From: an uncultured Acidobacteriota bacterium
GTDB lineage: Bacteria; Acidobacteriota; UBA6911
Reading direction: 5' to 3'
DNA: 64,000 bases
Assembly: GCA_963827655.1 (NCBI GenBank)
Contig: CAWHCF010000006.1
Span: 1-64,000, forward strand
Numbering within the stretch: position 1 is the first letter of the stretch; every line of letters starts with the position of its first letter. The notes beneath the pieces are model-generated. The model saw only the letters and a list, made by a program, of their open reading frames with translations, did not search any database and was not told the DNA's origin. Below are positions 9,398 to 21,261 of this stretch, one piece after another. Both the position numbers and the translations under genes were made by a program.

Positions 9398-12300
9398 TCA
9401 GAAGGTCAGGCGCAGCCCGGCCTGCATGATGCGCGGATCGCTCGTCGCGTCGATCTGGCCGGGCCGCGCGGCTGTAATATTGCGGCGCGGATTCGCCAGG
9501 TTGGCATGATTCAGCGCATTGAACATCTCCCACCGGAACTGCAAGCCCACAGACTCCCGTACCCGGAAGCTTTTAAAAAGAGCGAAGTCGAGGTTCCAGC
9601 GTCCAGGACCGATCAGGCAGTTTCGGCCCGCGTTTCCGTAGCTGCCCAAGGCCGGGAGAGCGAATGCGCTCGCGTCAAAATACTGTTCGATAAGTTCCTG
9701 CCGCGAGCGCCCCGGGTCGAGATGCGGGTCGCCGACCAGGTCAGGCCGCTGCGTGCCGGTCCCGGAGAGCGCTCGGTCCTGACCACTTACAACGGTGAAG
9801 GGCGAGCCCGACTGGATGGTCAGAATGCCGTTGGTCTGCCAACCGCCGAGAATCCATCTCGCCGCGCCCGCCGTTGGCCCCGGTAGCTCCCAGAGAAACG
9901 AGCTCACCCACCGATGGCGCACGTCGAAGTCGGCAAGACCCTTGTCAGCCCGGAGGTTCAGAGGGTCCTGGCCGTTGAAGCCGTCCACCTCAAGCGACAT
10001 GCCATCGATAGCCCGGCCCAGCGTGTAGCTCGCCAGCAAGTGTGAAGCCGCTGCTGAACCGCTTGTTGAGCGAAAGCTGCAACGCGTGGTAGGTCGAGTT
10101 GATTATGTTCTCGTAGCTGATAATGCTCGCGTGCGCGGGAGCGTAGATCCGGCGGGTGTCTATGTTGGCGAGCGTGGCCCCGGCGCGAAAGAGCGCCGGA
10201 TTGAGTTCGCGGCGAATGGGCAGCCGCGCTGCCTTGGAGCCCACGTATGCGGCAGTGAAAAGATAGTCGGGGGCAAGTTCTCTTTGCAGGTTGAAGTTCC
10301 ATTGCTGGTTGTAGGGAGCCCCGTTGAACGGATCCACCGAGAGCCCGATCGTAACCGGCAACAAGAACTGGTATGCGGCGCGCTCCTGCTCGGTGGCCGG
10401 GGGAGAGTATGGGAAAGGATCCGCCCGTCCGGCATATGGATCAGAAAAGCTGCGCGGCTGGTTCACGGTGATCTGAAGCGAGTAGGGTGGCGAGTTGACG
10501 AAGTGGCTCACTTCATGGAATCGAGGGATGTCGAAGAAGATGCCGTAGGCGCCGCGGACACTGGTCCTGGAATCACCGAACGGGCTCCAGGCAAAGCTGA
10601 AACGCGGAGCGACGTTGTTCCAGTCGTTGCGCGAGCCGCCGCGGGGCACACCGGAGTCATTGGCATAGAGCAGCCCGGACGGCGCGGAGGGGAATATTTC
10701 AGACTGCTGGCCGGGACGGAAGACGGTGAGCTCGTCGTCGGCGGAATAGAGGGGAAAGAACGGCTCCCAGCGGGCTCCGAACGAGAGACTCAGGTGCGGA
10801 TGAATCTTCCAATCGTCCTGGAAGTAGAACGAGTAGGTCTGGGCGCGTATCCGGTTGACCCGCACCGAGCCCTGGGTGAAGCGGACCGGGAGGCCGATGA
10901 GGAAGTCGGCGAACGCGTTCCCGGCGAATTGACCGCTGAAGGTGAACTGCGGGTCTACTCCGTTGGCAGTCACGCGATCGCTCTTTGACCAGCGGTATTC
11001 GCCGCCGAACTTGATCATGTGGGCGCCCTGCGTGTAGTTGATCAAGTATGCGGCCTGCTGGGTACGGCGGTCGATCAGGACGAGATTGTCCTGGGCGAGG
11101 TCCCAGTAGCCGGTAACGCCGCCGCGAAATTGTGGAACCAGTTCCTTGCCGAGCGCATCGGCGCCGCCGCGATTGGCGCGCACGCCCATGCTCTGGTAAG
11201 AAACGCCCTCGCCCTCGCCCACCGGCAGCGGACCGCGGTCGATCTGAGACTGATTGAACGTGTACTGGCCGACGGCGAGCAGGCGCGGCGAGAGAATCCA
11301 GCTGTGCTGGCCGCTGACGTTCCAGGTATCAAACTTCACGTCCGAGTGCAGCGAGGGGAGACCGGCCGTCAGAAAATCACTGGCGCTGGTCTCAAAAATC
11401 CGGCCGGTGAGACGCTGGTTCTTGTTAAGACTGTAGTCGACGCGACCCAGGAACTGATCGCTGTCCTGGCTCTCGGGCGGGTTGTAGATGTAGCGACCAC
11501 CGGGAGAGTTCGGCAGTGGAACCTCGAGTTGTTTGAGAAAGTTGACCGCGGCCGGATCAAAACGGGTGGAAGGAATGAGCGCGCCGGGAAAAGGCTGGCC
11601 TGTGGCCGGATCGCGGGGAATCTGGGCGGAAGCCGAGAAATCACCGTTGCGCTCGGCTTCCGTCGGCACGAACAGATTCGAGACGGTGCCGCCCCGGCGC
11701 TCGCGGACGCCTTCGTAAGAGCCAAAAACGAAGGCGCGATTCCGCACCACGGGCCCGCCGAATGTCCCTCCAAACTGGTTGCGTCGCAGCTTGCTCTTTG
11801 AGATGCCGAAAAAGCTGCGGGCGTCAAGAGCGTCGTTGCGCAGGAACTCGAACGCTGAGCCGTGAAACTGGTTGGTGCCGGATTTGGTCACGGCGTTGAC
11901 GACGGCTCCGGAATTGCGGCCGTACTCCGCGCTGAAATTATTGGTCAGGACGCTGAACTCCTCCAGCGCGTCAGGATTGGGGGTCACGGCCGACACGCCT
12001 TCCTGCGGATCGTTGTTGTCGCCGCCATCGAGCAGGTAATTAGTGCCGGTGGCGCGAGCTCCGTTGACAGCGACTCCATTATTCCGGCTGAGACTGCCCG
12101 AAGCCGGTCCCGGAACCACGCCTGGAACCAGCAGGAGCAGTTGAACCGGATTGCGGCCATTCAGCGGCAGCTCGGTGATGCGCCTTTCATCCACGACTTC
12201 GCGGATCGTGCCGGTCACGGTCTCGACCTGCGCCACCGTGCCGGTTACCGTAAGCGACTCGGCCGTGCTGCCGACATCGAGAACGGCCCCGATCTGCCGG

Positions 12301-12644
12301 CTCTGGTCGGCGTCGAGCCGGAACGACTCGGAGACGAACTGGCGGAAGCCTTCCTTGGTGATCCGGACGCGGTAATTCCCGACCGGAAGGCGCGGAAGAC
12401 TGAAGCGCCCCGCCTCATCGCTGAGGGTCGTCCATTCCAGGCCCGTGAGTTCGTTGGTAGCGCGGATCTCGGCGCCGGGCACGAGCGCGCGCGAGCGATC
12501 CTCGACAACGCCTACGATGAGGCCAGTCGATTGAGCGAACAACAGGGCAGGCAATGCGGCCAGAAGAAAGAGAGACGCGAACGGCTTGTCCACGTTAACC
12601 TCCGCAGGATCACGGCCCCCCGATTCGTAGCCGGGATCCGTCAC
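9398..12644 (-). CDS. TonB-dependent receptor with carboxypeptidase-regulatory-like N-domain (Oar-like), frameshift near 10040
   Basis: ELPLNGRN, EEFSVLTNNFSAEYGR, TKSGTNQFHGS, APRFSFAW. C-terminus PRIMQAGLRLTF is in the second frame (9398..10039). Confidence 0.9.
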
Positions 12645-12720
12645 ACGGTTGGATTACGCAATATCTGCTGATCCGTGTGGCGATTATCGGGCATTCCGTA
12701 ACGGAAGTCCACCGGAGCAG

Positions 12721-12791
12721 CTTCGTGTCTTCGTGGTTAGCGCCTCGAAACAAATACCACGAGGACACAAAGACACGAAGAAACTCGAAGC
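12721..12791. repeat. Octamer-based REP-like palindrome
   Basis: CTTCGTGTCTTCGTGGTTAG...AACAAATACCACGAGGACACAAAGACACGAAG. Confidence 0.8.
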
Positions 12792-12825
12792 GCCTTAACG
12801 GAAACCTTGCAAGATATCGCCAGAT

Positions 12826-13827
12826 TTACGGGGTGCGTACAAAGAGGGCTTGAGTCAGCGCCGCGACGCCCCAGGACACCAGGCCGCACACAGGGAATGT
12901 AAGAATCCAGGCCGTGACAATATCACGGGTCACTCCCCACCGAACCGCCGACAACCGACGCGTCGCGCCAACTCCCATGATCGCCGTATTGATCGTATGG
13001 GTGGTGCTCAAAGGAATCCCTAATCGCGTGGCAAGCTCAATCGTCAAAGCCGCGCCCGTTTCCGCCGCGAAGCCGTGAACCGGTTCGAGCTTGGTGAGGC
13101 GCAAGCCCATGGTCCTCACGATGCGCCAGCCTCCAACGGCGGTCCCTGATCCCATCATGACCGCGCACAGCAATATCACCCAAAGCGGAACCTGGAAGGC
13201 GGGCAAGATCCCGCTCAAAAGCAGCACGAGGGTAAAAACGCCTATGAACTTCTGGCCATCGTTCGAACCATGGCTGAACGCCATGAACGCCGCCGACAGA
13301 ATCTGGAGCCTGCCGAACAGCCGCCGTATCGTCGATGGTCGTTGCTTGGCAAATATGCGATAGATAGCAGCCATCAGAAAGAGACCGCCGCCAAAACCCA
13401 GAAAGGTGGAAAAAACCAGGCCGATGAGTACCTTGCGCCAGCCTTCCCAAAGAAGCGCTTCCGGACCCGCAGTCGCCAGCGCCGCGCCGGTCAGACCTGA
13501 TATCAACGCATGCGACTCGCTGGTCGGCAGACCGTAGAACCACGCGATCGTGCTCCAGAAGACGATTCCCACCATGGCCGCTCCCACGGTGTAAATATTG
13601 ATCGCCTGGGAGCTCACGATGTCTTCCGCGATGGTCTCGGCCACGGCGGTGCCTGACATGGTTCCCAACACATTGAGCACGGTAGCCATCGCCAGAGCCC
13701 GGGCGGGTGACAGGACCCGCGTGGAGACCACCGTTGCTATGGCATTGGGAGCGTCCGTCCAGCCGTTGACAAACTCCGCCGCCAGAATCAATCCGAGAAC
13801 AAGCAGGGTCCCCAGAGATAATTCCAT
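12826..13827 (-). CDS. pit: PiT family inorganic phosphate transporter
   Basis: NGWTDAPNAIATVVSTR, GLPTSESHAL, HGSNDGQK, GIPLSTTH. Confidence 0.95.
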   Translation of the reverse strand: MELSLGTLLVLGLILAAEFVNGWTDAPNAIATVVSTRVLSPARALAMATVLNVLGTMSGTAVAETIAEDIVSSQAINIYTVGAAMVGIVFWSTIAWFYGLPTSESHALISGLTGAALATAGPEALLWEGWRKVLIGLVFSTFLGFGGGLFLMAAIYRIFAKQRPSTIRRLFGRLQILSAAFMAFSHGSNDGQKFIGVFTLVLLLSGILPAFQVPLWVILLCAVMMGSGTAVGGWRIVRTMGLRLTKLEPVHGFAAETGAALTIELATRLGIPLSTTHTINTAIMGVGATRRLSAVRWGVTRDIVTAWILTFPVCGLVSWGVAALTQALFVRTP

Positions 13828-13879
13828 GAATGAATCTCCACTCTAGCGCGACTGGAGCGAGCGCCTGAGAAGTACGCGT

Positions 13880-14503
13880 CTATTCGTTCTTGAGCACTAT
13901 AGCTTCAATCACATCGGCCACGTCCTCACTCTTGTCCGTGGCCGTTTCCATCAGGTCGTAAATCTCGCGCCACTTTATCACCTCGAGCAGGTCGTCCCGA
14001 GAAGTAAACAGTTCTGCCACCGCTACCCTCAAAATCCTGTCACCCTCGTTTTCGAGTCGATTGATCTCGATGCAGTGCTGCAGAATATTATCTTCGCGCA
14101 GCCGGCGCAACTGAGGCATGATCTGATGGATCTCCTCCACCTGCTTCAAAATCACTTGAGCCAGCGCCTTCGCGTGAGAGTTCGGTTGGCTGACGCTGCA
14201 CATCACAAACCGTTCCGTGGTAGCCTCGATGAAATCCATCACATCGTCAAGGGCCGAAGCCAGCATGTGTATGTCCTCGCGATCGATCGGAGTGATGAAA
14301 CTGCGGTGAAGCCGCGCCAGGATATCATGAGTGATCTGATCCCCTTCGTGCTCCAGTCGCTTCATGCGCTCGGCGTTCTCGGCCAGCGCGTCGAATTTGT
14401 CCACGGTCTCGACCAGCAGCCGGGCCGCTACCATCAAGTTGTTTGATGCTCGCTCGAACAGGTCGAAGAAGCCGGTTTCCTGCGGAATGAGGCGTAGTTG
14501 CAT
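13880..14503 (-). CDS. DUF47 (PhoU-like) Pit accessory protein
   Basis: LEHEGDQITH, FITPIDREDI, LENEGD, IYDLMETATDKSEDVAD. GGAGG precedes ATG 14503; it lies upstream of pit. Confidence 0.95.
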   Translation of the reverse strand: MQLRLIPQETGFFDLFERASNNLMVAARLLVETVDKFDALAENAERMKRLEHEGDQITHDILARLHRSFITPIDREDIHMLASALDDVMDFIEATTERFVMCSVSQPNSHAKALAQVILKQVEEIHQIMPQLRRLREDNILQHCIEINRLENEGDRILRVAVAELFTSRDDLLEVIKWREIYDLMETATDKSEDVADVIEAIVLKNE

Positions 14504-14544
14504 GATTCCTCCGTAGCCTTCCTGGTTGTCACGATGAGCCCTTA

Positions 14545-14600
14545 GTATCGTGATCGAACTTGAGCACGTCAATAAGCGGATTGTTACAATTTAGTTACAG
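14545..14600 (-). promoter_or_regulatory. Sigma70-like promoter with an upstream Pho-box-like direct repeat
   Basis: Minus strand: CTGTAACTAAA-TTGTAACAATC (11-bp period), then TTGACG-N17-GATACT ahead of DUF47-pit. Confidence 0.6.
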
Positions 14601-14740
14601 CCAGCGAGCCACTTCGCGTTGTCAGCGAAGTTTTTGAACCCGAAGCTATCAAACCTGATCGGAAAAGGACTCCTAATTTTGTCATCGGGGTGAACTAATA
14701 TTCCAAATATATATTTATGTTAACACTTGGAAGGTACGGA

Positions 14741-14998
14741 ATGGCAAAGCTCATTGTCGAGTTGCCTGATGAGATCCACCGGGAACTGAAGAAGACCGCC
14801 ACGCTTCGTAACCTGACGCTAAAGGAAGTGGTAACGGATCTGGTCAAGGAGTATCTGGCGCGCGCAGAAAAATCGGTCGCTTCAGCAGGGACAGGTCTGT
14901 GCGGAAGTTGGGAAGATACGAGAACTGCTGCTGCCATCATCGCGGACATCAGGAAACACAGAAGCTGGTTAAAGCAGCCACGAAAGAAGGTCGCCTAG
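14741..14998 (+). CDS. Ribbon-helix-helix antitoxin (VapB-like)
   Basis: MAKLIVELPDEIHRELK RHH pattern and GLCGSWED tail. The stop overlaps the PIN toxin start. Confidence 0.8.
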   Translation: MAKLIVELPDEIHRELKKTATLRNLTLKEVVTDLVKEYLARAEKSVASAGTGLCGSWEDTRTAAAIIADIRKHRSWLKQPRKKVA

Positions 14999-15396
14999 TG
15001 CCCAAATATGTTCTGGACACCGATACCTGCATCTATTGGCTCAATGGGGACCGGAACATTGAGAAGAAGATTCTGGCTGCGGGCCTTGAAAATGTTTTTA
15101 TCACCGCCATCACGGAGTGCGAACTCTATTACGGAGCTTTTAAATCCTCAAGAGTTGAGAAAAACGTCGAGGTTCTGAAGGAACTGCGCCGAAAAGTCAA
15201 AACACTCCACACCTCAGCGGAAGTTGCTCCCCTCTACGGACGTATCAAGACAAACCTCGAGCGTGCAGGCCGAGTTCTGGATGACGCTGATCTTCTGATT
15301 GCCGCCATAGTTGTCGTTTCCAAGGGGATTTTGATCACAAATAACACGAGTCACTTCCAGCGCATCCCAGATGTAGAGCTAGAAAACTGGAAATGA
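14998..15396 (+). CDS. vapC: VapC PIN-domain toxin
   Basis: GTG start; YVLDTDTCIY, ITECELYYGA, DLLIAA, LITNN.SHFQRI..VELENW. Confidence 0.93.
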   Translation: MPKYVLDTDTCIYWLNGDRNIEKKILAAGLENVFITAITECELYYGAFKSSRVEKNVEVLKELRRKVKTLHTSAEVAPLYGRIKTNLERAGRVLDDADLLIAAIVVVSKGILITNNTSHFQRIPDVELENWK

Positions 15397-15459
15397 CGGC
15401 CGCGAGCCGCCACAAAGACTGCTGGGACTCGCCGAGCCGCGAATGCTGATAACCGCGGC

Positions 15460-18400
15460 TCAGAACAGGAATCTCAGCCCGAACTGCATGACCCTGGGTC
15501 CGCCCACCGTGTTCAGCACCTTGCCGAAGTCCGTGGTGTCCTGCAGATCGTTTGCGGGAATGGCAAAATTGACGTTGTTGAAGACGTTGAAGATCTCCCA
15601 GCGAAACTGAAGGCCCAGCCTCTCGCTGAAGTTCGTGGTTTTGGAGAAGCTGACGTCAAAGCGTTTCTGACTGTCGGCGCGCAACACATTTCTCCCAAGA
15701 TTTCCGAATCCGCCTAATGGGGAGACCAGCAGATCCGAGTTGAAGAACCGCTCGGTGGGGTCCTCACCCTTCTGGGCCAACTGATCGATCGTGCCATTGA
15801 GACTCGGCCTCCCGAACCCCAGCCGGTAGAGACCGCCCGATCCGCGCACCAGAGTGCTCAAGTGCGCCGGCGCCTGTGCTTCCGGTTCCGCGCTGAAAAT
15901 TGAGAATGGACTTCCGGTCTGGACCTGCGCGAAACCGGCGATTTGCCACCCCTTCAGCAACCTCGAATTAGAACCGGCTGTCGGCAGGTCATACACGAAG
16001 CTCGCGCTGAATCTGTGAGCGCGATCGAAGTCAGAAACTGCCCGATTGGTGCCGAGGTTCCTCTGATCTCCCTGGACCACAAAGCCAACGTTAGGAACAT
16101 CAGGCTTCCCGCCGCCCGACGTACTGCCGGGATCGGCCGAGCTGTTGTCGAGCGATCTGGACCAGGTGTAAGACGTGTTGAATTGAAACCCTCGGGACAT
16201 GCGCTTGGTCAGGTTAAGCTGCAGCGCGTGGTAGATCGAGTTCGCCGAAGACTGCAGCAAAACTGCCTCAGGTATATTAAAGCCCAGTATCGGTCCGCGC
16301 GATTCGAATGGAATGATCACGGTATCATTCACGTTTGCCGGCAGGCGGCTCAAGTTATAATCCACGGCCGCGCCGGTCACCGAATTGGGAAATCCGAATG
16401 CCACACCCTGGCCTCTGGCTCGCTCAGTCGAGCCTGATTTGAGAGGACCTGCAAGAACGTTCGGGTTTCCTGTCCGCGCAAATTCTGCCTGATAAGCGGC
16501 CTCGTAGGCCCGATTGAAGCGTCCGAATATGGAGTCGGGCGTGCCGGGATCGTTGAGATCGTAGCCCTGATTGAAAGCGGTCGCCTGCAAGAGTTTCGTC
16601 CCCTTGGTCCCGAGATATCTTGCCTCGATCAGAAGATCCTTCGAAACCTCGGCCTGAAAACCAAAATTCCACTGCTGAATGTAGGGCGTTTTGAGATTGC
16701 GGTCGATGGAGCGAAACTCGAAAGTTTCGGCCACGTTCCCCAGCGCGGGAAGACCCGTCACCAGATCGACGGCATTCAACGAACCGTCCGCCCCGCGCGT
16801 AACCCGCGTTCCATCGCGAATCACGTAAGTTCCATTGCTCTGGTAGACCAACCGGTTGGGTAGATACTGGTTGAAAGGGAAATTAGGATCCTGCTGCGAA
16901 AATGCGGTGGATAGAGGCACCGCCCTCGACGGAGCCGTCACTTCAACTTCGCGCAAGAAGGGGTAGTTGCTGAAAACTGTATTCATGAATGCCGCAGAAG
17001 GACGGTCGTAGAAAATACCGTAGCCGCCCCGAATAACCAGGCGGTTGCTGCCAAGCGGAGAATAGGCGAATCCAAACCGGGGCTGTAGATTGTTCAGATC
17101 CTGCCCGTTCAGCGTGTGCTTGTTGCTCGACTTGATCGACGCCGCGATCGCGCTGTCGATCGCGCTGAATCCGGTGTTGGTGACATTGCTCGGGACGATA
17201 AAACCAGGACCCGGATTTTCCGGATTGGTCATGGCGGCAAAATCAAAGTTGCCGATGCGCCCGTCCTGCTTCTGTGGGCCAGCCAAACCAGTCCCAGCGG
17301 ACGCCGATATTCAGTGTCAAGTTGGGCTTGATCTTCCAGTCGTCGGCGATGAACCAGCCCACGTCAGCCATTCGGAAGCGCTTGTCTGTGATTCCAAACT
17401 GAGTGTCGGCCTCGGTCGCGAGACCGGCGAGAAACTGGGTAAAATTTTCCCACTTTTCAAATTCCGTCGCCTGTTCTTCAGGAAGGTTCGTATCATAAGC
17501 GTGCCGCTTGTACTCGACGCCCATGCGAAGGGTGTGGGATCCGCGCAGCCACGAAACCTGATCCGAAAAACTGAAGGTCTTCTGATCTCTCAGATTGAAA
17601 GAATCATTGGGGCCGCCCCAGGAAAGGTTCGAGAGGTTGTTTCTGAAAACATAATGGCCCAGGCGTGTGGCCGCCTGACTCTGGTCGTAGAAATTAGCCG
17701 GATTGGGTATGCCGACGGACTCGTTGGTAAGGGCAAGAAACGGATCGTCGAGCCGGCGAGTATTATTCAGGAAGAAAAATCCAACCCTGGCCTCGTTGAT
17801 GACGCTCGGGCTGAAAGTATGAACGTCGGATACGGCCAGAGTCCGGGCGCGATCGTTCCGGCGCAAAGTGACGGGAGAGGCCAGGCTCGAAGGATCCGGA
17901 AAGGAATCGAGTCCCGGGAAATTGCTGAAGAAGAAAGTGCCCGCAAGCTGGTTCTTGGAACTCACCTGGCCATCGAGCCTGGCGGTAAACTGATCCTGCT
18001 CGAATTCGGAAGGAAAGACATTGCGCTGGCGAATGAGAGGATTTCCGCCAATGATTCCACTGATGGTCTGGTCTCTTCCTACGGGGAAGCCGCCGGCTGC
18101 CGTGGGCGCGGGAATCAAGAAGTCTCCGGTCACAGGATTCTGTACATTCAGCAGGCGAATCGCAACCGGCGAGATCTGGGCTTCAGTGAGGGGAAACTCC
18201 GGATTGAGCGACCTGAAGGCAGCCGCGACATTGGCTGCGGTGCGGCTGCCGCTGATAAGTCTCAAGGCCTCGGGCAGGACCGTGATACTCTGCGCGGTCG
18301 GCACAAAAGCCGTATGGGCTTGGGTTCGTTGATAGCCGCCGAAGAAGAACACCTTGTCCTTGATCACCGGCCCGCCTACGGAGAACCCTCCTTCATTACG

Positions 18401-19270
18401 GCGAGCCCGGGGCCGGTCGATTCGATCCTTGTTGTAAAAGAAATCGTTGGCATTAAAGACCTCATTCTGCACGTACCAGTAAGCAGATCCGTGCAGACTG
18501 TTGGTTCCATTCTTGGTGATCAGCTGGAAGTTGCCGCCGCCGGAGCGGCCGGTTGAAGCGTCGTAGAGACTGGTCTGAAGTTTTACTTCCTGTAAGGTCT
18601 CGGGGGCCGGGGCAATATTATCAGTCAACGAACCCTCGTTAGAGGAAAGGTTGGTCGCATCTATTCCATTGAATTGAAGACTCGTGCTGGTTGTGCGCGT
18701 CCCGTTTACCGACGGAGATATGTTGCCGTTGCCGTTGGTCAGCACCGGGGGAAGATCCGCGCTGATTCCGGCTTCGGCTGACAGGAGGTGAGTGAAACTT
18801 CGTGTCGACGTTGGGACCTGTAGAAGCTCCTGAGCATTGATCTGGCGGAAAGTTGATGCGGTATTGGGAGTGACCAGAAGCGCATCCGATGTAACGTTAA
18901 CGGTTTCACTGCCGCCGGATACTTCGAGACGGGCCTCGGCGGTTCGAGGCACGGCCGCTTCGACCGCCACGCCGCTGTGGACCAATTTCTTGAATCCAGT
19001 GAGTTCGTAAGTTATCTCGTAGTTACCAACCGGCAGAGCGGGAATGGCCCAACGCCCTGCGTCATCCGTGGCGGTCGAACGGTTCAGGCCTGTATCGACA
19101 TTCCTCAAAGTGATGCTGACACCGGGCAGCATCGCGCCGGTCGTATCTCGAACAACGCCGTTCAAGGTCCCTGTGGTGCCGGACTGGGCCGAAGCCGTCA
19201 GCGCCGACACAAGAAACGCCAGACAAAAGAATGAGAGCAGCAACGTATTGGTTCGAATACCGGCACGCAT
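15460..19270 (-). CDS. TonB-dependent receptor (Oar-like), frameshift near 17270
   Basis: Signal peptide, carboxypeptidase-regulatory domain, QEVKLQTSLYDASTGR. Second frame carries LQPRFGFAY and PRVMQFGLRFLF. Confidence 0.9.
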
Positions 19271-19403
19271 GGGGGTTCCTCCTGGGAAATGTTCGAACGG
19301 ACTCGGGCGAAGCGCACGAGTCCTGAACAGCTTTGCAGGATAGGCCTTTGTTGTGTGGCGATCATAAACGAGATGTTAAAAATATGTGAACGAGCGCGCC
19401 GTC

Positions 19404-19499
19404 AAGATGCTTGGCGTTTCTTCGAGTCTTGGTGTGCTTTAGTGGTTGGTTTTGTTCCGCCGCACAAACACCCAGACTCGAAGAAACGCCAAGCATCAA
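19404..19499. repeat. Octamer-family long palindrome
   Basis: GATGCTTGGCGTTTCTTCGAGTCT ... AGACTCGAAGAAACGCCAAGCATC, perfect 24-bp arms. Confidence 0.85.
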
Positions 19500-19596
19500 G
19501 AAAAAGAATGTGGGGCAGAAGAAGACTTCGAGTAAGGTGATATCTTGAGCCGCGCAGGAATGGTCGCGGCCAGGGTACAGGAGGAAATGGTCTTCG

Positions 19597-20835
19597 ATGA
19601 TGCACGGATTCCTGAAAAGAAACCAGGTCAATCGAGTCAACAGAACGCTGGTGTTGAAGCTGATCCGTGAGCAACAGTCCGTATCGAGAATAGATATTGC
19701 CAGGAAGACTGGCCTGCACAAAAGCAGCGTTACGACTATCGTAAAGAGCTTGCTGGAGCAGGATCTGATTCTGGAAAGCGGAAACCGGGAGGCGGCTCGA
19801 GCCGGAGGCCGAAGGCCGACTCTACTCACGTTGAACGCAGCGGCCAAAGACGTTATCGGAGTGGAGATCCAGCCTTCTCTTACAAGAATTGCCCTCGCCG
19901 ATTTCAATGGAAGCATTCGCCGTCAGTGGAACCTGAAGCGACCGCGCGATCCGCAGCAATGCATCCGCCACATCGGCAACACAGTGCGCGGCATCGTTGC
20001 CGAGCACGGCGGACCGGATAGATTCGAAGGTCTTGGAATCAGCTGTCCCGGCATTATCGATTCCGACGAGGGAGTGCTCATCTACTCGTCGAATCTGGAG
20101 TGGCGCAACGTTCCAATCGTCGCTCTCTTGACATCTCTGATCCGAATTCCGGCCGCCATGGATAATGACACTTTCTTGTGCGCCCTGGCCGAACGCTGGT
20201 ACGGACCTGCGGAGACGACCTCAAGATTGCAGGAATTTGCCTTCGTGAACGTCACCGAGGGTCTGGGAGTTGGACTGATCATTAACGGCGAATTGCATCG
20301 AGGGTGCCACTCGGGGAGTCACAACTTCGGGCATATGACCATCGACGTCAACGGCCCTGCGTGTCGTTGCGGTAATCGAGGTTGTTGGGAAGCTTTCGCT
20401 TCGAATTACGCAACGATCGAGCGTTACAGAAGATTGACCGGGCGGCGTTCGAAGCTTCCGGCCAGAGGCGCTATTTCAATCGATGATATTCTCGATCGGG
20501 CCCATGCCGGGGAAAAAGACGCCACCCGTGCCCTCAAGATCACGGCAACGTATCTGGGAATCGGGATTGCCAACATGGTAAACGGTTTGAATCTGCCGGT
20601 TTTTGTGATCGGCGGCGAGATCAGCTCTGCCTGGGGTCTGATCGAGGACGACCTCAGGGCGAGCCTGGGAAAATGGGCATTCAAAGAGTATCTTGAGAAT
20701 GTTTCCATACGTCCTACCGCTCTTGGGCAGCAGTCGGCGCTGATGGGGAGCATCGCAAAGGCCCTGAGTTCCCGTTTTGCCATTCCGATTCGTAGCGGAA
20801 ACTACCTCGGCGGGCGCGTGATCGTCTCACGCTGA
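19597..20835 (+). CDS. ROK family transcriptional regulator (XylR/NagC-like)
   Basis: N-terminal HTH (SRIDIARKTGL), GGRRP, GHMTID..GPACRCGNRGCWE zinc motif. Confidence 0.95.
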   Translation: MMHGFLKRNQVNRVNRTLVLKLIREQQSVSRIDIARKTGLHKSSVTTIVKSLLEQDLILESGNREAARAGGRRPTLLTLNAAAKDVIGVEIQPSLTRIALADFNGSIRRQWNLKRPRDPQQCIRHIGNTVRGIVAEHGGPDRFEGLGISCPGIIDSDEGVLIYSSNLEWRNVPIVALLTSLIRIPAAMDNDTFLCALAERWYGPAETTSRLQEFAFVNVTEGLGVGLIINGELHRGCHSGSHNFGHMTIDVNGPACRCGNRGCWEAFASNYATIERYRRLTGRRSKLPARGAISIDDILDRAHAGEKDATRALKITATYLGIGIANMVNGLNLPVFVIGGEISSAWGLIEDDLRASLGKWAFKEYLENVSIRPTALGQQSALMGSIAKALSSRFAIPIRSGNYLGGRVIVSR

Positions 20836-21181
20836 AGGTTGACATTCGCCGCCTGGGATTGTCCGGCGGTACTGGTTGGGAATCCGCCGCCATGAAGTTC
20901 TGGATTGTTCTCCTTGCCGCAACCGCCAGTCCGTTTGCCATACGCGCTTGCCTGCTCAGCCCGATCATAGCCCCGGCGCCGCTGGTTCAGCCGAGCGAGT
21001 CGCAGCCTGGGGAAATCCGATCTGGATGACCTGCAAGCCATAGCGTTGATCCACTCCCCTCGGCTCGGTCCCTCTGGGCTCAATTCCGATTGACAGGCCA
21101 CGACACGGAGAATATCGTTTTTCCATTCATTGAACTAACTGTCGACGGGCGCCCAGGGTGGCCAAGTATGAATGAACGATG

Positions 21182-21205
21182 AGCTATCAGCCGTCAGCTG
21201 TCAGC
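21182..21205 (+). repeat. Short heptamer array (AGCTATC/AGCCGTC type)
   Basis: AGCTATC AGCCGTC AGCTGTC AGC; a related array is at 39463-39494. Confidence 0.55.
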
Positions 21206-21261
21206 CTGTCACCTTCACGAAATACGGCAAAAGACAGAGAATTGCGAGGAGGTACGGATCC

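Noticed and set aside
17090-18556. Long antisense ORFs (488 aa here; also 10086, 28360, 31723, 52653, 57335)
   Set aside because: These are shadow frames of well-supported GC-rich genes and have no recognisable motifs.
19345-19392. Candidate ROK operator upstream of the TBDR
   Set aside because: The palindrome is too weak to distinguish from AT-rich promoter background.
20892-21029. 45-codon ORF with a signal-peptide-like start (MKFWIVLLAATA)
   Set aside because: No clear RBS or recognisable homology; it may be a remnant or chance ORF.
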